Of a stretch of DNA of 43,784 nucleotides, positions 28,001 to 36,440 are shown in pieces. Each line of letters begins with the position of its first letter. Positions within the stretch are counted from its first letter, which is position 1. A program made the translations under genes and the position numbers. This DNA comes from Clostridia bacterium (GTDB lineage Bacteria > Bacillota > Peptococcia > Peptococcales > BICA1-8): positions 1-43,784 of the forward strand of contig JAAXZE010000031.1 of assembly GCA_012720075.1 (NCBI GenBank). Reading direction: 5' to 3'. Below the pieces are notes generated by a model. That model had not been told where the DNA came from. It was given only the letters and a program-made list of their open reading frames with translations, and made no database searches.

Positions 28001-28181
28001 AGCCGAAATATCGGCAGGCATGGCTACCTCCATCGTTTTCGGGCTTACTTTTTCTACATTAATCACGTTGGTTCTGGTACCGGTTATTTACTATATTCTT
28101 GATGATATAAGTGTTAAATTTAATAAAAAAAGAAAGGCAAAAGATTGTTTAGAAGAGAATGCTATTCCCCAAAGTAATTAA
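25056..28181 (+). CDS. RND-family efflux transporter (AcrB/HAE1-like)
   Basis: 1041 aa, 12-TM two-halves architecture. N-terminus FTDISIRRPVTIIMVFF; GLALGVGMMVDNAIVILENI and AGIVVNNAIVLVDY motifs. Confidence 0.9.
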   Translation: MNFTDISIRRPVTIIMVFFIILILGVVSLSNLAVDLFPDIELPVAITMITYEGVGPEEIEKIVTKPIEGQLSTLSGIENLQSISSSGMSVVVTQFAWGTNMDTAMVDLRDKVNLIKPMLPEEVQEPIIMKLDLNAMPIVIAGITGQYELDQLEKIVENDIAPRLERIPGVASVNISGGRTREIKVEIDPYKLNAYNLTLNDIIQTIAAENHNVSIGHVEEGEKDYLVRVKGEFTSLDSLENVLIPLKTGETIELKYLAEGIIDGYADISGYALINGQQTISLTVSKESDANTVSVSEKVNQELEKIQKEMEGKISIAKAMDQADYINDAIDNVANNGIKGALLACFILFLFLRNFRSTLIIATAIPISVITTFVLMYFGDLTLNLISLGGLALGVGMMVDNAIVILENIYRYRQNGYNRIDSARDGANEVSLAIVASTLTTVAVFLPIVFVEGIASQIFRPMALTVSFSLLASLTVALTLVPMLCSKYLRVETNGNGTGGFFNKLSKKWLKVLDAINARYEVLLKWSMGRRKTVIFISLIAFIISVALIPMVGMEFIPETDTGMFTLNIELPPNTVLERTEKVVMEVEKIMSEIPEVQTIFTMAGNTGMNFHGGSTTNQATIYGQLVPLNERQRDINQVVDEVRQRTQSIPGAQISISVESMVMGSTSPISLTIKGEELDVLEDLANQIAEKVKQVPGTREVTTSFEEGNPEISVYIDRQKAAQYGVSSYQAASSLRSALQGVVASKYRTGGEEIDIKVLLSKEARTNIEDLKRLMVPSLRGFNVPLEEIAEIQYSTGPISINRINQSRQATVTGSIIGRDLNSVMQDVQAAIQDIPIPQGYILEVGGANKEMVDSFISLGKALALAILLVYMILAAQFESLLYPFIIMFSIPPTLIGVVGGLLLTGRTLSVPTFIGIIMLAGIVVNNAIVLVDYINTLRRRGMEKMEAIIQAGPIRLRPILMTTMTTVLGLVPMALGIGEGAEISAGMATSIVFGLTFSTLITLVLVPVIYYILDDISVKFNKKRKAKDCLEENAIPQSN

Positions 28182-28239
28182 GAAAAATTAGGAGATATAT
28201 ATTATCTTATTGCATATAATAAAAAATAAATAATAATTT

Positions 28240-28260
28240 AAGCCCTTCGGGGCTTTTTTT
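28240..28260 (+). terminator. Rho-independent terminator
   Basis: AAGCCC-ttcg-GGGCTT followed by T7. Confidence 0.8.
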
Positions 28261-28345
28261 ATTCATATTATCATTGGCTGGTCCATATATTAAATTAGAA
28301 TGGAGAATATTGGTTAATTTTGGAGTGTCAAGGAGGGGTAAATTA

Positions 28346-29068
28346 ATGGCTGAACTATGGAAGCCGCAGCCACGAAAAACCTTGGGCAGTAGTTCCTATT
28401 ATTATAAGAGGGGAAAAAAAAGAATTTCAAGCATTGTGAGAAGCAAGCTTTTTATTCAGACGACATCGGTCGTAGTAATATTTATTTTTTTCTGGGTGGT
28501 ATTTCAGTTTAACAGCCCTTTGTTTGTGGGTATGCAAAAGACTATTAGAGATTGGTTTACTAAAGATACCGATTTGGCTCCGGTTATAAATATCATCCAG
28601 AAAATAGGTCTTTATGGGGATTCCTTTGAAAGGGCAGGATATGAAGTGATAGCGCCGGAGATAACCGACACTCCGTTAGAGCCTATGACCATTCCCGTTT
28701 CAGGAACCGTTGTTAAACCTTATGGCTGGACCATGATCGAGGGTGAATCCAGCTTTCATAACGGAATTGAAATACAGGCCCCGGCCGGTTCCGCCGTTAA
28801 AGCGGCCTATGACGGAACCGTTTTAGAAATAAAAAATGATGAAAAGCTGGGCCGGGTTATCGTCATTTCCCATAAGGCAGGCATTGTGACTACTTACGGA
28901 TATTGCAGCGAAATACTGATTAAGGCCGACCAGCAGGTTACCCAAGGTCAGGTTATAGCCCGAATAGGCAGAAAAGGGGAAGAACAGGCCAAGCTTTACT
29001 TTGAAGCCAATAAGCTGGGCGAACCGGTAAATCCTATGGAGTTGATATCGACTTCTCCTGGAATATAA
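28346..29068 (+). CDS. Membrane-anchored LytM/M23-domain protein with degenerate metal ligands (SpoIVFA-like architecture)
   Basis: One TM segment followed by an M23 fold. The canonical H.G.D block reads HNGIEI, YAHL reads YGYC, and HLHFE reads KLYFE. ATG 28346 follows GGAGGGG. The ORF track starts at 28274. Confidence 0.75.
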   Translation: MAELWKPQPRKTLGSSSYYYKRGKKRISSIVRSKLFIQTTSVVVIFIFFWVVFQFNSPLFVGMQKTIRDWFTKDTDLAPVINIIQKIGLYGDSFERAGYEVIAPEITDTPLEPMTIPVSGTVVKPYGWTMIEGESSFHNGIEIQAPAGSAVKAAYDGTVLEIKNDEKLGRVIVISHKAGIVTTYGYCSEILIKADQQVTQGQVIARIGRKGEEQAKLYFEANKLGEPVNPMELISTSPGI

Positions 29069-29126
29069 CCCATAAAATAAGGTTTCAGTGCGCGCTAGGT
29101 TAAGGTTAAGGAAAACAAAAAAAATT

Positions 29127-29175
29127 GGGGGCATTACTCAGTCAAGAAGTGAATGAGAAATGCCCCATTTTTTTT
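29127..29175. terminator. Bidirectional terminator between convergent genes
   Basis: A8 run, GGGGCATT..CTCA...TGAG..AATGCCCC long hairpin, then T8 run. Confidence 0.75.
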
Positions 29176-29197
29176 ATGCCCTTAATTGTTATCGCTT

Positions 29198-29539
29198 TTA
29201 ACTTATTGCATTTCTTCCTCGCTCTTTTGTTCTGATGCGAACGGCATCAACTACATCAAAGATAAATATCTTGCCATCACCAATCTGCCCGGTTTCGGCT
29301 GCTTCGATTATTACTTCTAAGACATTTTCTAATAATTCGGCTTTTATTACTACTTCCACTTTGATTTTAGGCAAAAGGTTAATGCTCATCTCCTGTCCCC
29401 GGTATATCCCTATATGCCCTTTCTGCAGTCCGCAGCCAATAACCTGGGTTATTGTCAGGCCGGTAATACCGAATTCACCTAAAGCCTTCTTAACATCCTC
29501 TAATTTATTGGGTCGAATAATCGCTTCTATTTTTTTCAT
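29198..29539 (-). CDS. glnK: PII nitrogen regulatory protein
   Basis: 113 aa. MKKIEAIIRPNKLEDVKKAL...GITGLTITQV.G.G.QKG...YRG. T-loop Tyr present. Downstream of amt in the same operon. Confidence 0.9.
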   Translation of the reverse strand: MKKIEAIIRPNKLEDVKKALGEFGITGLTITQVIGCGLQKGHIGIYRGQEMSINLLPKIKVEVVIKAELLENVLEVIIEAAETGQIGDGKIFIFDVVDAVRIRTKERGRNAIS

Positions 29540-29606
29540 ACTTAAAATTCCTTTCTTTTAAAATTTTTATTAAATTAATCAGTACACAAACACGATATTT
29601 TCTGTA

Positions 29607-31001
29607 TTAACCCTCAAAGGCTTTGGAAATCAGACTTTTTCCGCTGAGGGCCACAACGCCTGAAGAGGATAAATTATCATGGATTGTGTTTGAAGAATTT
29701 AATAAGAATTCGCCATAAGCCGACATACCGTGTTCACCAATATCCAGACCTTCAATTTCTTCTTCCACGCTTACCCGTATACCGACCAGCTTATCGATGA
29801 TTTTAACGGCAATTGTAGTAACTGTTACTACCCAGAAAAATACTGTTGCTACCCCAATTGACTGAATTCCTAATAAGGATAGGCCGCCCCCGTAAAGAAG
29901 TCCTCCTTCAGCGGCAAAGACACCGATTAAGATGGTGCCTAAAGCACCGCAGACACCATGTACGGAAATGGCACCTACCGGATCATCAATTTTAGCCACA
30001 TTATCAAAGAAAGTAGCCGATATGATAAGAACCACTCCTGCTATGGAACCTATGATTACAGCGCCCACGGGCAATACTACTAAAGCTCCGGCGGTAATGG
30101 CAACCAGGCCTGCCAGTGCCCCGTTTAACGTAAAGGTGATATCAGGTTTGCCGTATTTTATCCAAGAATAAAGCATGGATGTTATTGTGCTGCAAGCTGC
30201 AGCCAACAGTGTGTTGGTTGCAATAAGTGCGATATCATTATAGGCATTGCCTGATAAAGTACTGCCCGGGTTAAAACCAAACCAGCCGAACCAAAGAATA
30301 AGAACGCCTAATGCACCCAGAGGGATATTATGGCCCGGTATGGCGTTGACTTTGCCGTCCTTATCGTATTTTCCTATCCGGCTGCCCAATAAATAGGCTG
30401 CAACTAATGCGGACCAGCCGCCGACGCTGTGGACAACGGTAGAACCGGCTAAATCTATAAAACCGAGACTGCTCAACCAGCCTCCGCCCCAGATCCAGTG
30501 CCCGACAATGGGGTAAGTAAAACCTGCAATAACAATTGCCAAAATAAGGTATGCGGAAAACTTTATTCGTTCGGCAACGGCTCCTGATAATATTGTGGCT
30601 GAAGTAGCGGCAAACACCGCCTGAAAGAAGAAAAAGCCTAAAGTAGGAATTCCAAAATCGAACTCTCCGAAACCGTTGGTAAAAAATCCACTGGTGCCTA
30701 TTAACCCTAAGGCATCTTTACCAAACATTAAGGCAAAGCCAATGATAAAATACGTTACGGCTCCAATGGCTATGGTTAGAAAGTTTTTCATTAAGATATT
30801 TACGGTATTTTTAGAACGGGTAAAACCGATTTCCACCAAGGAGAACCCTGCGTGCATCAGAAAAACCAAAAACCCGGCAATCATAATCCAAATGGTATCC
30901 AGGGCAATGGTGACTTCTTCAAAAGTTTCGGCGGCTAAAGCGGGAGATACTGTTAAAAACAATAAGGTCCATAAGCATAAAAACAGCAAGATTTTTTTCA
31001 T
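29607..31001 (-). CDS. amtB: Ammonium transporter (Amt family)
   Basis: 464 aa. Signal peptide and 11 TM. Motifs DTIWIMIAGFLVFLMHAGF, AGSTVVHSVGGWSAL and ISVHGVCGALGTI. Confidence 0.9.
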   Translation of the reverse strand: MKKILLFLCLWTLLFLTVSPALAAETFEEVTIALDTIWIMIAGFLVFLMHAGFSLVEIGFTRSKNTVNILMKNFLTIAIGAVTYFIIGFALMFGKDALGLIGTSGFFTNGFGEFDFGIPTLGFFFFQAVFAATSATILSGAVAERIKFSAYLILAIVIAGFTYPIVGHWIWGGGWLSSLGFIDLAGSTVVHSVGGWSALVAAYLLGSRIGKYDKDGKVNAIPGHNIPLGALGVLILWFGWFGFNPGSTLSGNAYNDIALIATNTLLAAACSTITSMLYSWIKYGKPDITFTLNGALAGLVAITAGALVVLPVGAVIIGSIAGVVLIISATFFDNVAKIDDPVGAISVHGVCGALGTILIGVFAAEGGLLYGGGLSLLGIQSIGVATVFFWVVTVTTIAVKIIDKLVGIRVSVEEEIEGLDIGEHGMSAYGEFLLNSSNTIHDNLSSSGVVALSGKSLISKAFEG

Positions 31002-31035
31002 TTTACAACACTCCTTTTTATGTTTTTAAAATTTA

Positions 31036-31081
31036 TAAAAAAGACGCCTGTTTTCTTTTTTGCAGAAGGAAAACAGACGCC
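31036..31081 (-). terminator. Leader terminator/attenuator hairpin proximal to the amt start
   Basis: Minus-strand RNA GGCGUCUGUUUUC-n13-GAAAACAGGCGUC forms 13 bp including 2 G.U pairs, followed by U6. It lies about 30 nt upstream of the amt AGGAG/ATG. Confidence 0.6.
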
Positions 31082-31095
31082 GTTGCCCGAGGATT

Positions 31096-31133
31096 AAAAA
31101 AGTCCTGAAAAAGGTAGCAACCTTTCCCAGGAC
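31096..31133 (-). terminator. Second, distal terminator-like hairpin in the amt leader
   Basis: Minus-strand RNA GUCCUG-GG-AAAGGU-UGCU-ACCUUU-UU-CAGGAC followed by U6. Confidence 0.5.
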
Positions 31134-31364
31134 ATCTTTGCCCCAAAAATTATGCTTTTTTAATTGTCACTAATTATACCTTGAGAAAAAGTTTATGTCT
31201 ACTGGGAAATCAATTGTATACAAAATTTTTTCTTTAAGATAAAGTTATATATAAACCGGCCTAAAACCGGTTTTACGGGTTTGTTTGTTGGGTTTGCCTT
31301 TTTTGTTATTTAAGAGTACTATATTTATGTTAAAATACAATTTTATGAAGAAAGGGATTTGGTA

Positions 31365-33254
31365 ATGCGTGAGCTTATTGAAACTAAAATATTACCTAAA
31401 GTTGAAAAGCCTCTGAGATATTTAGGCGATGAATGGAATGTGGAGAAAAAAGACTGGGAAAAAGTACGGCTGAGAACGGTCTTTGCCTTTCCCGATATAT
31501 ATGAAGTAGGCATGTCCCATTTGGGACTGAGTATAATTTACCACCTGGTTAACGAACAAAAGGATTTCTTAATGGAAAGGGTTTTTGCTCCCTGGACCGA
31601 CATGGAAGAAGAACTGAGAAAGTATAACCTGCCTTTGTTTAGTTTGGAGTCCTACAAGCCCCTATATGAATTTGACGTGGTTGCCTTTACCCTGCAGTAT
31701 GAAATGAGCTTTACCAATATTTTAAACATGCTGGACCTGGGGAAAGTACCTTTGCGTTGCGATGAAAGGACTGATAACGATCCCCTGGTTATAGCGGGGG
31801 GCCCTTGTGCCTATAATCCGGAGCCTTTGGCTGATTTTATCGATGTTTTTGTCATCGGTGAGGGTGAAGAGGTAACTTTGGAGGTTATGGAAGTTATTGC
31901 CCGTCATCGGGAAGAGCGCAGGGGCAAAATGGAGCGGGACAAGCTTTTGGAAGAGCTTTTGGAGATAAAGGGAATCTATATTCCTAAATTTTATACTGTT
32001 AGCTATTTGCCCGACGGGAAAATTGCCGGTATTAAGCCCAATCATCCCAAAGCACCGGCGGTAATTACCAAGCGCTTTATTAAAAATTTAGATGAAGCCT
32101 ATTTCCCGACAAAACCCCTAGTTCCTTATTTGGAGGTTGTCCATGACCGGGCAATGCTGGAGGTTTTAAGGGGCTGTACCCGGGGCTGCCGTTTTTGCCA
32201 GGCCGGGATGCTTTACCGTCCTGTTCGAGAGCGGGACCCGGAATTATTAAAAGAGCAGGCGGAAAAACTGATTAGAAATACGGGTTATAACGAAATTTCC
32301 CTAACTTCTCTGAGTACCAGTGACTATACCTGTATTGAACCGGTAATCAAGGAATTATTGGATAAATACAGCGAAGAAGGGGTAGGGGTATCTTTGCCTT
32401 CTTTGCGGGTGGATTCTTTTTCCATCAATTTGGCCAAAGAGGTCCAGAGGGTAAGAAGAAGCAGCCTTACCTTTGCCCCCGAGGCCGGCACTCAAAGGCT
32501 CAGGGACGTAATCAATAAAGGTGTAACGGAAGAAAACCTGATGAAGGTGACTGAAGCGGCCTTTAGAGAAGGCTGGCATAAAATAAAGCTGTATTTTATG
32601 CTGGGCCTTCCTACCGAAACCAATGAGGATTTAGACGGCATCGCCGACCTGGCCTATAAGGTTTTAAACCTTGGCGACAGGATTCGCAAAGAACAAGGCT
32701 CCAAAGGGCCCCAACCTCAGGTTACCATAAGTGTTGCGGGATTTGTTCCCAAAGCCCATACGCCTTTTCAATGGGTCCCCCAGGTACCTTTGGAACAGCT
32801 GAAAGCAAAACAGCAATACCTTAAAAATAAAATCAGAAACCGCAGGATTAATTATAACTATCATGATGCCGAATTAAGCTATGTGGAAGCCGTTTTTGCC
32901 AAAGGGGACCGGAGACTGGGGAAAGGTTTATTGGTTGCTTGGCAGAAGGGCTGCAAATTTGACGGTTGGTCCCAGCATTTTAAATTTGCAACCTGGATGG
33001 AAGCCATAAAAGAGGCAGGCTTGGATCCTGAATGGTACGCTTACCGGGAACTGAAATATGATGATATTCTTCCCTGGGAACATATAGATATGGGCGTCAA
33101 GAAACAATTTCTGATTAAAGAACATCAAAAAGCTATGGAGGCTGCGGTAACAGGGGACTGCCGCTTTAAACACTGCACTGTGTGCGGTATTTGTCAGGAC
33201 TTGGACGTAGCATTGGATTTAAAAGGAGGAAGACCTGGTGGACATAAGAATTAA
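31365..33254 (+). CDS. Radical SAM protein, TIGR03960-like (B12-binding-like N-domain plus radical SAM core)
   Basis: CTRGCRFCQAG CxxxCxxC motif. Its position upstream of the DUF2344-type gene and rng is as typically seen in Clostridia. ATG 31365 lies 7 nt after AAAGGGA. Confidence 0.8.
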   Translation: MRELIETKILPKVEKPLRYLGDEWNVEKKDWEKVRLRTVFAFPDIYEVGMSHLGLSIIYHLVNEQKDFLMERVFAPWTDMEEELRKYNLPLFSLESYKPLYEFDVVAFTLQYEMSFTNILNMLDLGKVPLRCDERTDNDPLVIAGGPCAYNPEPLADFIDVFVIGEGEEVTLEVMEVIARHREERRGKMERDKLLEELLEIKGIYIPKFYTVSYLPDGKIAGIKPNHPKAPAVITKRFIKNLDEAYFPTKPLVPYLEVVHDRAMLEVLRGCTRGCRFCQAGMLYRPVRERDPELLKEQAEKLIRNTGYNEISLTSLSTSDYTCIEPVIKELLDKYSEEGVGVSLPSLRVDSFSINLAKEVQRVRRSSLTFAPEAGTQRLRDVINKGVTEENLMKVTEAAFREGWHKIKLYFMLGLPTETNEDLDGIADLAYKVLNLGDRIRKEQGSKGPQPQVTISVAGFVPKAHTPFQWVPQVPLEQLKAKQQYLKNKIRNRRINYNYHDAELSYVEAVFAKGDRRLGKGLLVAWQKGCKFDGWSQHFKFATWMEAIKEAGLDPEWYAYRELKYDDILPWEHIDMGVKKQFLIKEHQKAMEAAVTGDCRFKHCTVCGICQDLDVALDLKGGRPGGHKN

Positions 33255-33936
33255 ATACGGAAAAACGGAGCAAGGAAAATTTATTTCCCATTTGGATTTA
33301 AGCCGGGCCTGGCAGCGTGCTTTTCGCAGGGCCCAAATTCCTGTTCTTTATAGTCAGGGTTTTAATCCCCATCCCAAGATTTCCTTTGGGTCAGCTCTGG
33401 CCGTAGGGGTTACCAGTTCGGGAGAATATATGGATGTAACATTAAAAAAATTTATTCCAATAGAGGAAATTAAAGGTGAATTAGAGAAATATTTACCTAA
33501 AGGGCTAGAAGTTTACACAATTGTCGAGATTACCCACCAGACACCCTCCCTCATGGCCATTATTAACAGAGCCCGATATCGGGTGACGCTAGAATCATAT
33601 CAAAAACTCCAACAGGAAGAATTAAATGGTTTCATCTCTGATTTACTGCGCCAGGAACAGGTTGTGGTACAGCGGAGTACCAAAAACGGCCCCAAAGAGA
33701 AAGATATTCGCCCAGGTATTTTCGAGTTAAAGGGTCAGATTCTTTCTGATAAGAAAATTGTGGTGGAAATGGTTGTGGAAACCGGCAGCGGTGGAAATGT
33801 ACGACCGGAAGAAGTTGTTTCTGCCCTTATGGATAGGGGGTTGCCCCTGGATTCGGAAACGATGAAGATTCATCGGGAAGGATTGTACGTCGACAGTGAT
33901 ACCGGATTAATATCCCCCCTCAGTGTCATAACATAA
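33238..33936 (+). CDS. Radical-SAM-associated protein (TIGR03936/DUF2344-like)
   Basis: The N-terminus IRIKYGKTEQGKFISHLDLSRAWQRAFRRAQIPVLYSQGFNPHPKISFG is characteristic of this family. GTG start overlaps the upstream gene. Confidence 0.75.
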   Translation: MDIRIKYGKTEQGKFISHLDLSRAWQRAFRRAQIPVLYSQGFNPHPKISFGSALAVGVTSSGEYMDVTLKKFIPIEEIKGELEKYLPKGLEVYTIVEITHQTPSLMAIINRARYRVTLESYQKLQQEELNGFISDLLRQEQVVVQRSTKNGPKEKDIRPGIFELKGQILSDKKIVVEMVVETGSGGNVRPEEVVSALMDRGLPLDSETMKIHREGLYVDSDTGLISPLSVIT

Positions 33937-33948
33937 GGAGAGGAGTAT

Positions 33949-35613
33949 ATGAACAAGGAGATAATAGTTCAATCCAATGAAGATGAAACCCAAGTAGCGG
34001 TCCTGGAAAATGAGCAGTTGGTGGAAATATATATTGAGCGCAGTGTTAGCGACCGTTTGGTGGGCAGTATTTTTAAAGGCAGGGTGGAAAATGTTTTGCC
34101 CGGCATGCAGGCAGCCTTTGTCAATATCGGCTTAGAGAAAAATGCTTTTTTGTATGTGGAAGATGCTTTGCCTAATGGAACTCAACTTGATAACGGAGTT
34201 AAACTAAATATCAGAGATATACTCAAGGAAGGACAGGAAATACTGGTGGAAGTTGTAAAGGAGCCTGTCGGTAATAAAGGACCCAGGGTGACCCGACAAT
34301 TGACATTGCCGGGACGTTTTCTGGTTTTGATGCCTAACGTCGACTATGTTGGCATATCCAGGAGAATTTCCAATGAAGAAGAACGGGAGAGGCTTAAGCA
34401 AATTGCGGAAAAAATTAAACCAGAAAGTTATGGCATAATCGTTCGGACTGTAGCCGAAGGGGCATCTGAAGAAGATTTAAAGGAAGATTTGGATTTGCTC
34501 ATTAACAACTGGCGAAAAATTTTGCAAAGGGAACGGAATTCCGGCGCACCGGCTTTAATTCATAAAGACTTGGAACTGGTCAAAAGAATCCTCAGGGATG
34601 TAGTGACCGATGATGTTCGCCGTATTACCGTAAATTCTCAGGCTACCTATGAACAGATTATGGAGATTATGGCCGGTAAATTAAAGTTTAAAATAAACCT
34701 TGTTGAGGAGCAGGACCTTTTTAGCCGATATAATATCCATCAGGAATTGAGCAAAGCCTTAAAACGCAAAGTCTGGTTAAAAAGCGGGGGCTATATAGTA
34801 ATTGACCAGACCGAAGCATTAACCAGTATTGATGTTAATACAGGAAAATATGTGGGCAGTGTGGATTTGGCCGATACGGTTTTAAAAATAAATTTGGAGG
34901 CCGTGGTAGAAATTGCCCGGCAGTTGCGGCTTAGAAACATCTGCGGTATAATCATCATTGAGTTTATTGATATGGAAAATGAGGAACACCGTAAAGAAGT
35001 ATTGGCAAAGCTGGAAGAGGAATTGCACAGAGATAAGACCAAAGCCCATATTTTGGGGATAACGTCTTTAGGTTTGGTCGAGATGACCCGGAAAAAAACC
35101 CGGCACTCCTTAAGCACCGCTCTGGAAAAACCCTGTCCTTGCTGTGAAGGCAAGGGGCGGGTTTTGTCCGAAAGCACCATTGTCATTCAGATTAAGGAAA
35201 AGCTGAGGGAATTAGCGGCTCGAACCATGGCCGAAACCATTTTGGTTACGGCCCATCCCGATGTGGCGGCTTTATTGATCGGACCGGGTGGAACTCAGTT
35301 AAAGCATTTAGAAGAGAGTTTAAAGAAAGAAGTTATTATTCGGGGCCGAAAAAACCTGAGTTTGGAACAATACGAGATACAGAGCGTTTATGGTGTCCAT
35401 GATTTAAAGAATACCATTATCCCGGTGGAGGAAAATCAAATTGTTAAGGTTTTGATCGAGGAGCAGCATGCTCAGCATTCCAATGACGGTATTGGACGCA
35501 TAGAAGGTTATATCATTAATGTAGAAAACGCCGGGAAATTTGTCGGGGAAAAAGTATTAGTGGAAATTGCAAAGGTTTACAGGACTTATGCCAAGGCGGT
35601 CTTGGTGCAATAG
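33949..35613 (+). CDS. rng: Ribonuclease G/E family endoribonuclease
   Basis: S1 domain GSIFKGRVENVLPGMQAAFVNIG. Catalytic blocks TEALTSIDVNTGKY and GIIIIEFIDM. Zn-link-like CPCCEGKG. Confidence 0.9.
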   Translation: MNKEIIVQSNEDETQVAVLENEQLVEIYIERSVSDRLVGSIFKGRVENVLPGMQAAFVNIGLEKNAFLYVEDALPNGTQLDNGVKLNIRDILKEGQEILVEVVKEPVGNKGPRVTRQLTLPGRFLVLMPNVDYVGISRRISNEEERERLKQIAEKIKPESYGIIVRTVAEGASEEDLKEDLDLLINNWRKILQRERNSGAPALIHKDLELVKRILRDVVTDDVRRITVNSQATYEQIMEIMAGKLKFKINLVEEQDLFSRYNIHQELSKALKRKVWLKSGGYIVIDQTEALTSIDVNTGKYVGSVDLADTVLKINLEAVVEIARQLRLRNICGIIIIEFIDMENEEHRKEVLAKLEEELHRDKTKAHILGITSLGLVEMTRKKTRHSLSTALEKPCPCCEGKGRVLSESTIVIQIKEKLRELAARTMAETILVTAHPDVAALLIGPGGTQLKHLEESLKKEVIIRGRKNLSLEQYEIQSVYGVHDLKNTIIPVEENQIVKVLIEEQHAQHSNDGIGRIEGYIINVENAGKFVGEKVLVEIAKVYRTYAKAVLVQ

Positions 35614-35708
35614 AAATTGATAGTGATGCTGATAGTCTATAGTTTCCGACTAATAGAGGATGATATTTATTGGTCGGGAGGTATAGACTATTAATGTTGG
35701 AGGGAGTT

Positions 35709-36422
35709 ATGCGGTTTTTTGCGCTGGGTGATCCCCATTTATCCTTTAATGTCAGAGGGGGAATTGATAAGCCCATGGACATTTTCGGGGATAACTGGCA
35801 GGACCACCATCAACAGATAAAAGAAAATTGGGAAAGGGTAGTTAGGCCGGAGGACATTGTATTGGTTCCCGGTGACATTTCCTGGGCAATGAAGCTGGAA
35901 GAAGCCCGTTATGATCTGGAGTTTTTAGGGCGGTTGCCCGGTCGGAAAATATTGATCCGCGGCAACCATGATTTATGGTGGCAGGGTATTGGCAAAGTGA
36001 GGAAAGTGCTGCCCTGGGGAATGGAGGCCATCCAAAATGACCATATCCTCCTTGACAATGGATGGGCTGTCTGCGGAACCAGAGGATGGACCTGTCCCGG
36101 CGAGAAAAACTTTACTGCCGAGGACAATAAAATTTATGAGCGGGAGTTGGGCCGCTTGCGTCTATCCCTTTCCAGCATAAAGGAGAAAGATATAAATATT
36201 TTGGTTATGCTCCATTACCCTCCTGCTAACGGCAAACATGAAAGCAGCGGTTTTATTGAGCTGTTGCAGGAATTTGGCGTGAAACACTGTGTTTACGGAC
36301 ACCTACATAGTGATTCCATAAAAGGGGCTTTGCCCGAAGAAAAGTGGGGAATAAGGTTTTATTTAGCAAGTGCCGATGCGGTAAATTTCACCCCGAAACT
36401 TATTCTTGAAACAGACCGATAA
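35709..36422 (+). CDS. Metallophosphoesterase (calcineurin-like)
   Basis: Motifs MRFFALGDPHL, PGDISW, RGNHD, MLHYPP and YGHLH. ATG 35709 follows GGAGGGAG. The ORF track starts at 35670. Confidence 0.8.
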   Translation: MRFFALGDPHLSFNVRGGIDKPMDIFGDNWQDHHQQIKENWERVVRPEDIVLVPGDISWAMKLEEARYDLEFLGRLPGRKILIRGNHDLWWQGIGKVRKVLPWGMEAIQNDHILLDNGWAVCGTRGWTCPGEKNFTAEDNKIYERELGRLRLSLSSIKEKDINILVMLHYPPANGKHESSGFIELLQEFGVKHCVYGHLHSDSIKGALPEEKWGIRFYLASADAVNFTPKLILETDR

Positions 36423-36440
36423 GCCAATTGGCGATAGTTA

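Noticed and set aside
29198-31001. The amt-glnK operon as a horizontally acquired island, because it interrupts the LytM...rng/rplU block in opposite orientation.
   Set aside because: There are no flanking mobility genes, tRNA or direct repeats, and no obvious compositional shift was visible by eye. The dispersed repeat copy at 29079-29111 is noted, but on its own it is not evidence of mobility.
31036-31133. The two hairpins acting as plus-strand terminators or as a bidirectional terminator.
   Set aside because: No plus-strand gene ends upstream of them, since amt is on the minus strand. The proximal stem loses two base pairs (G.U becomes A.C) when read on the plus strand.
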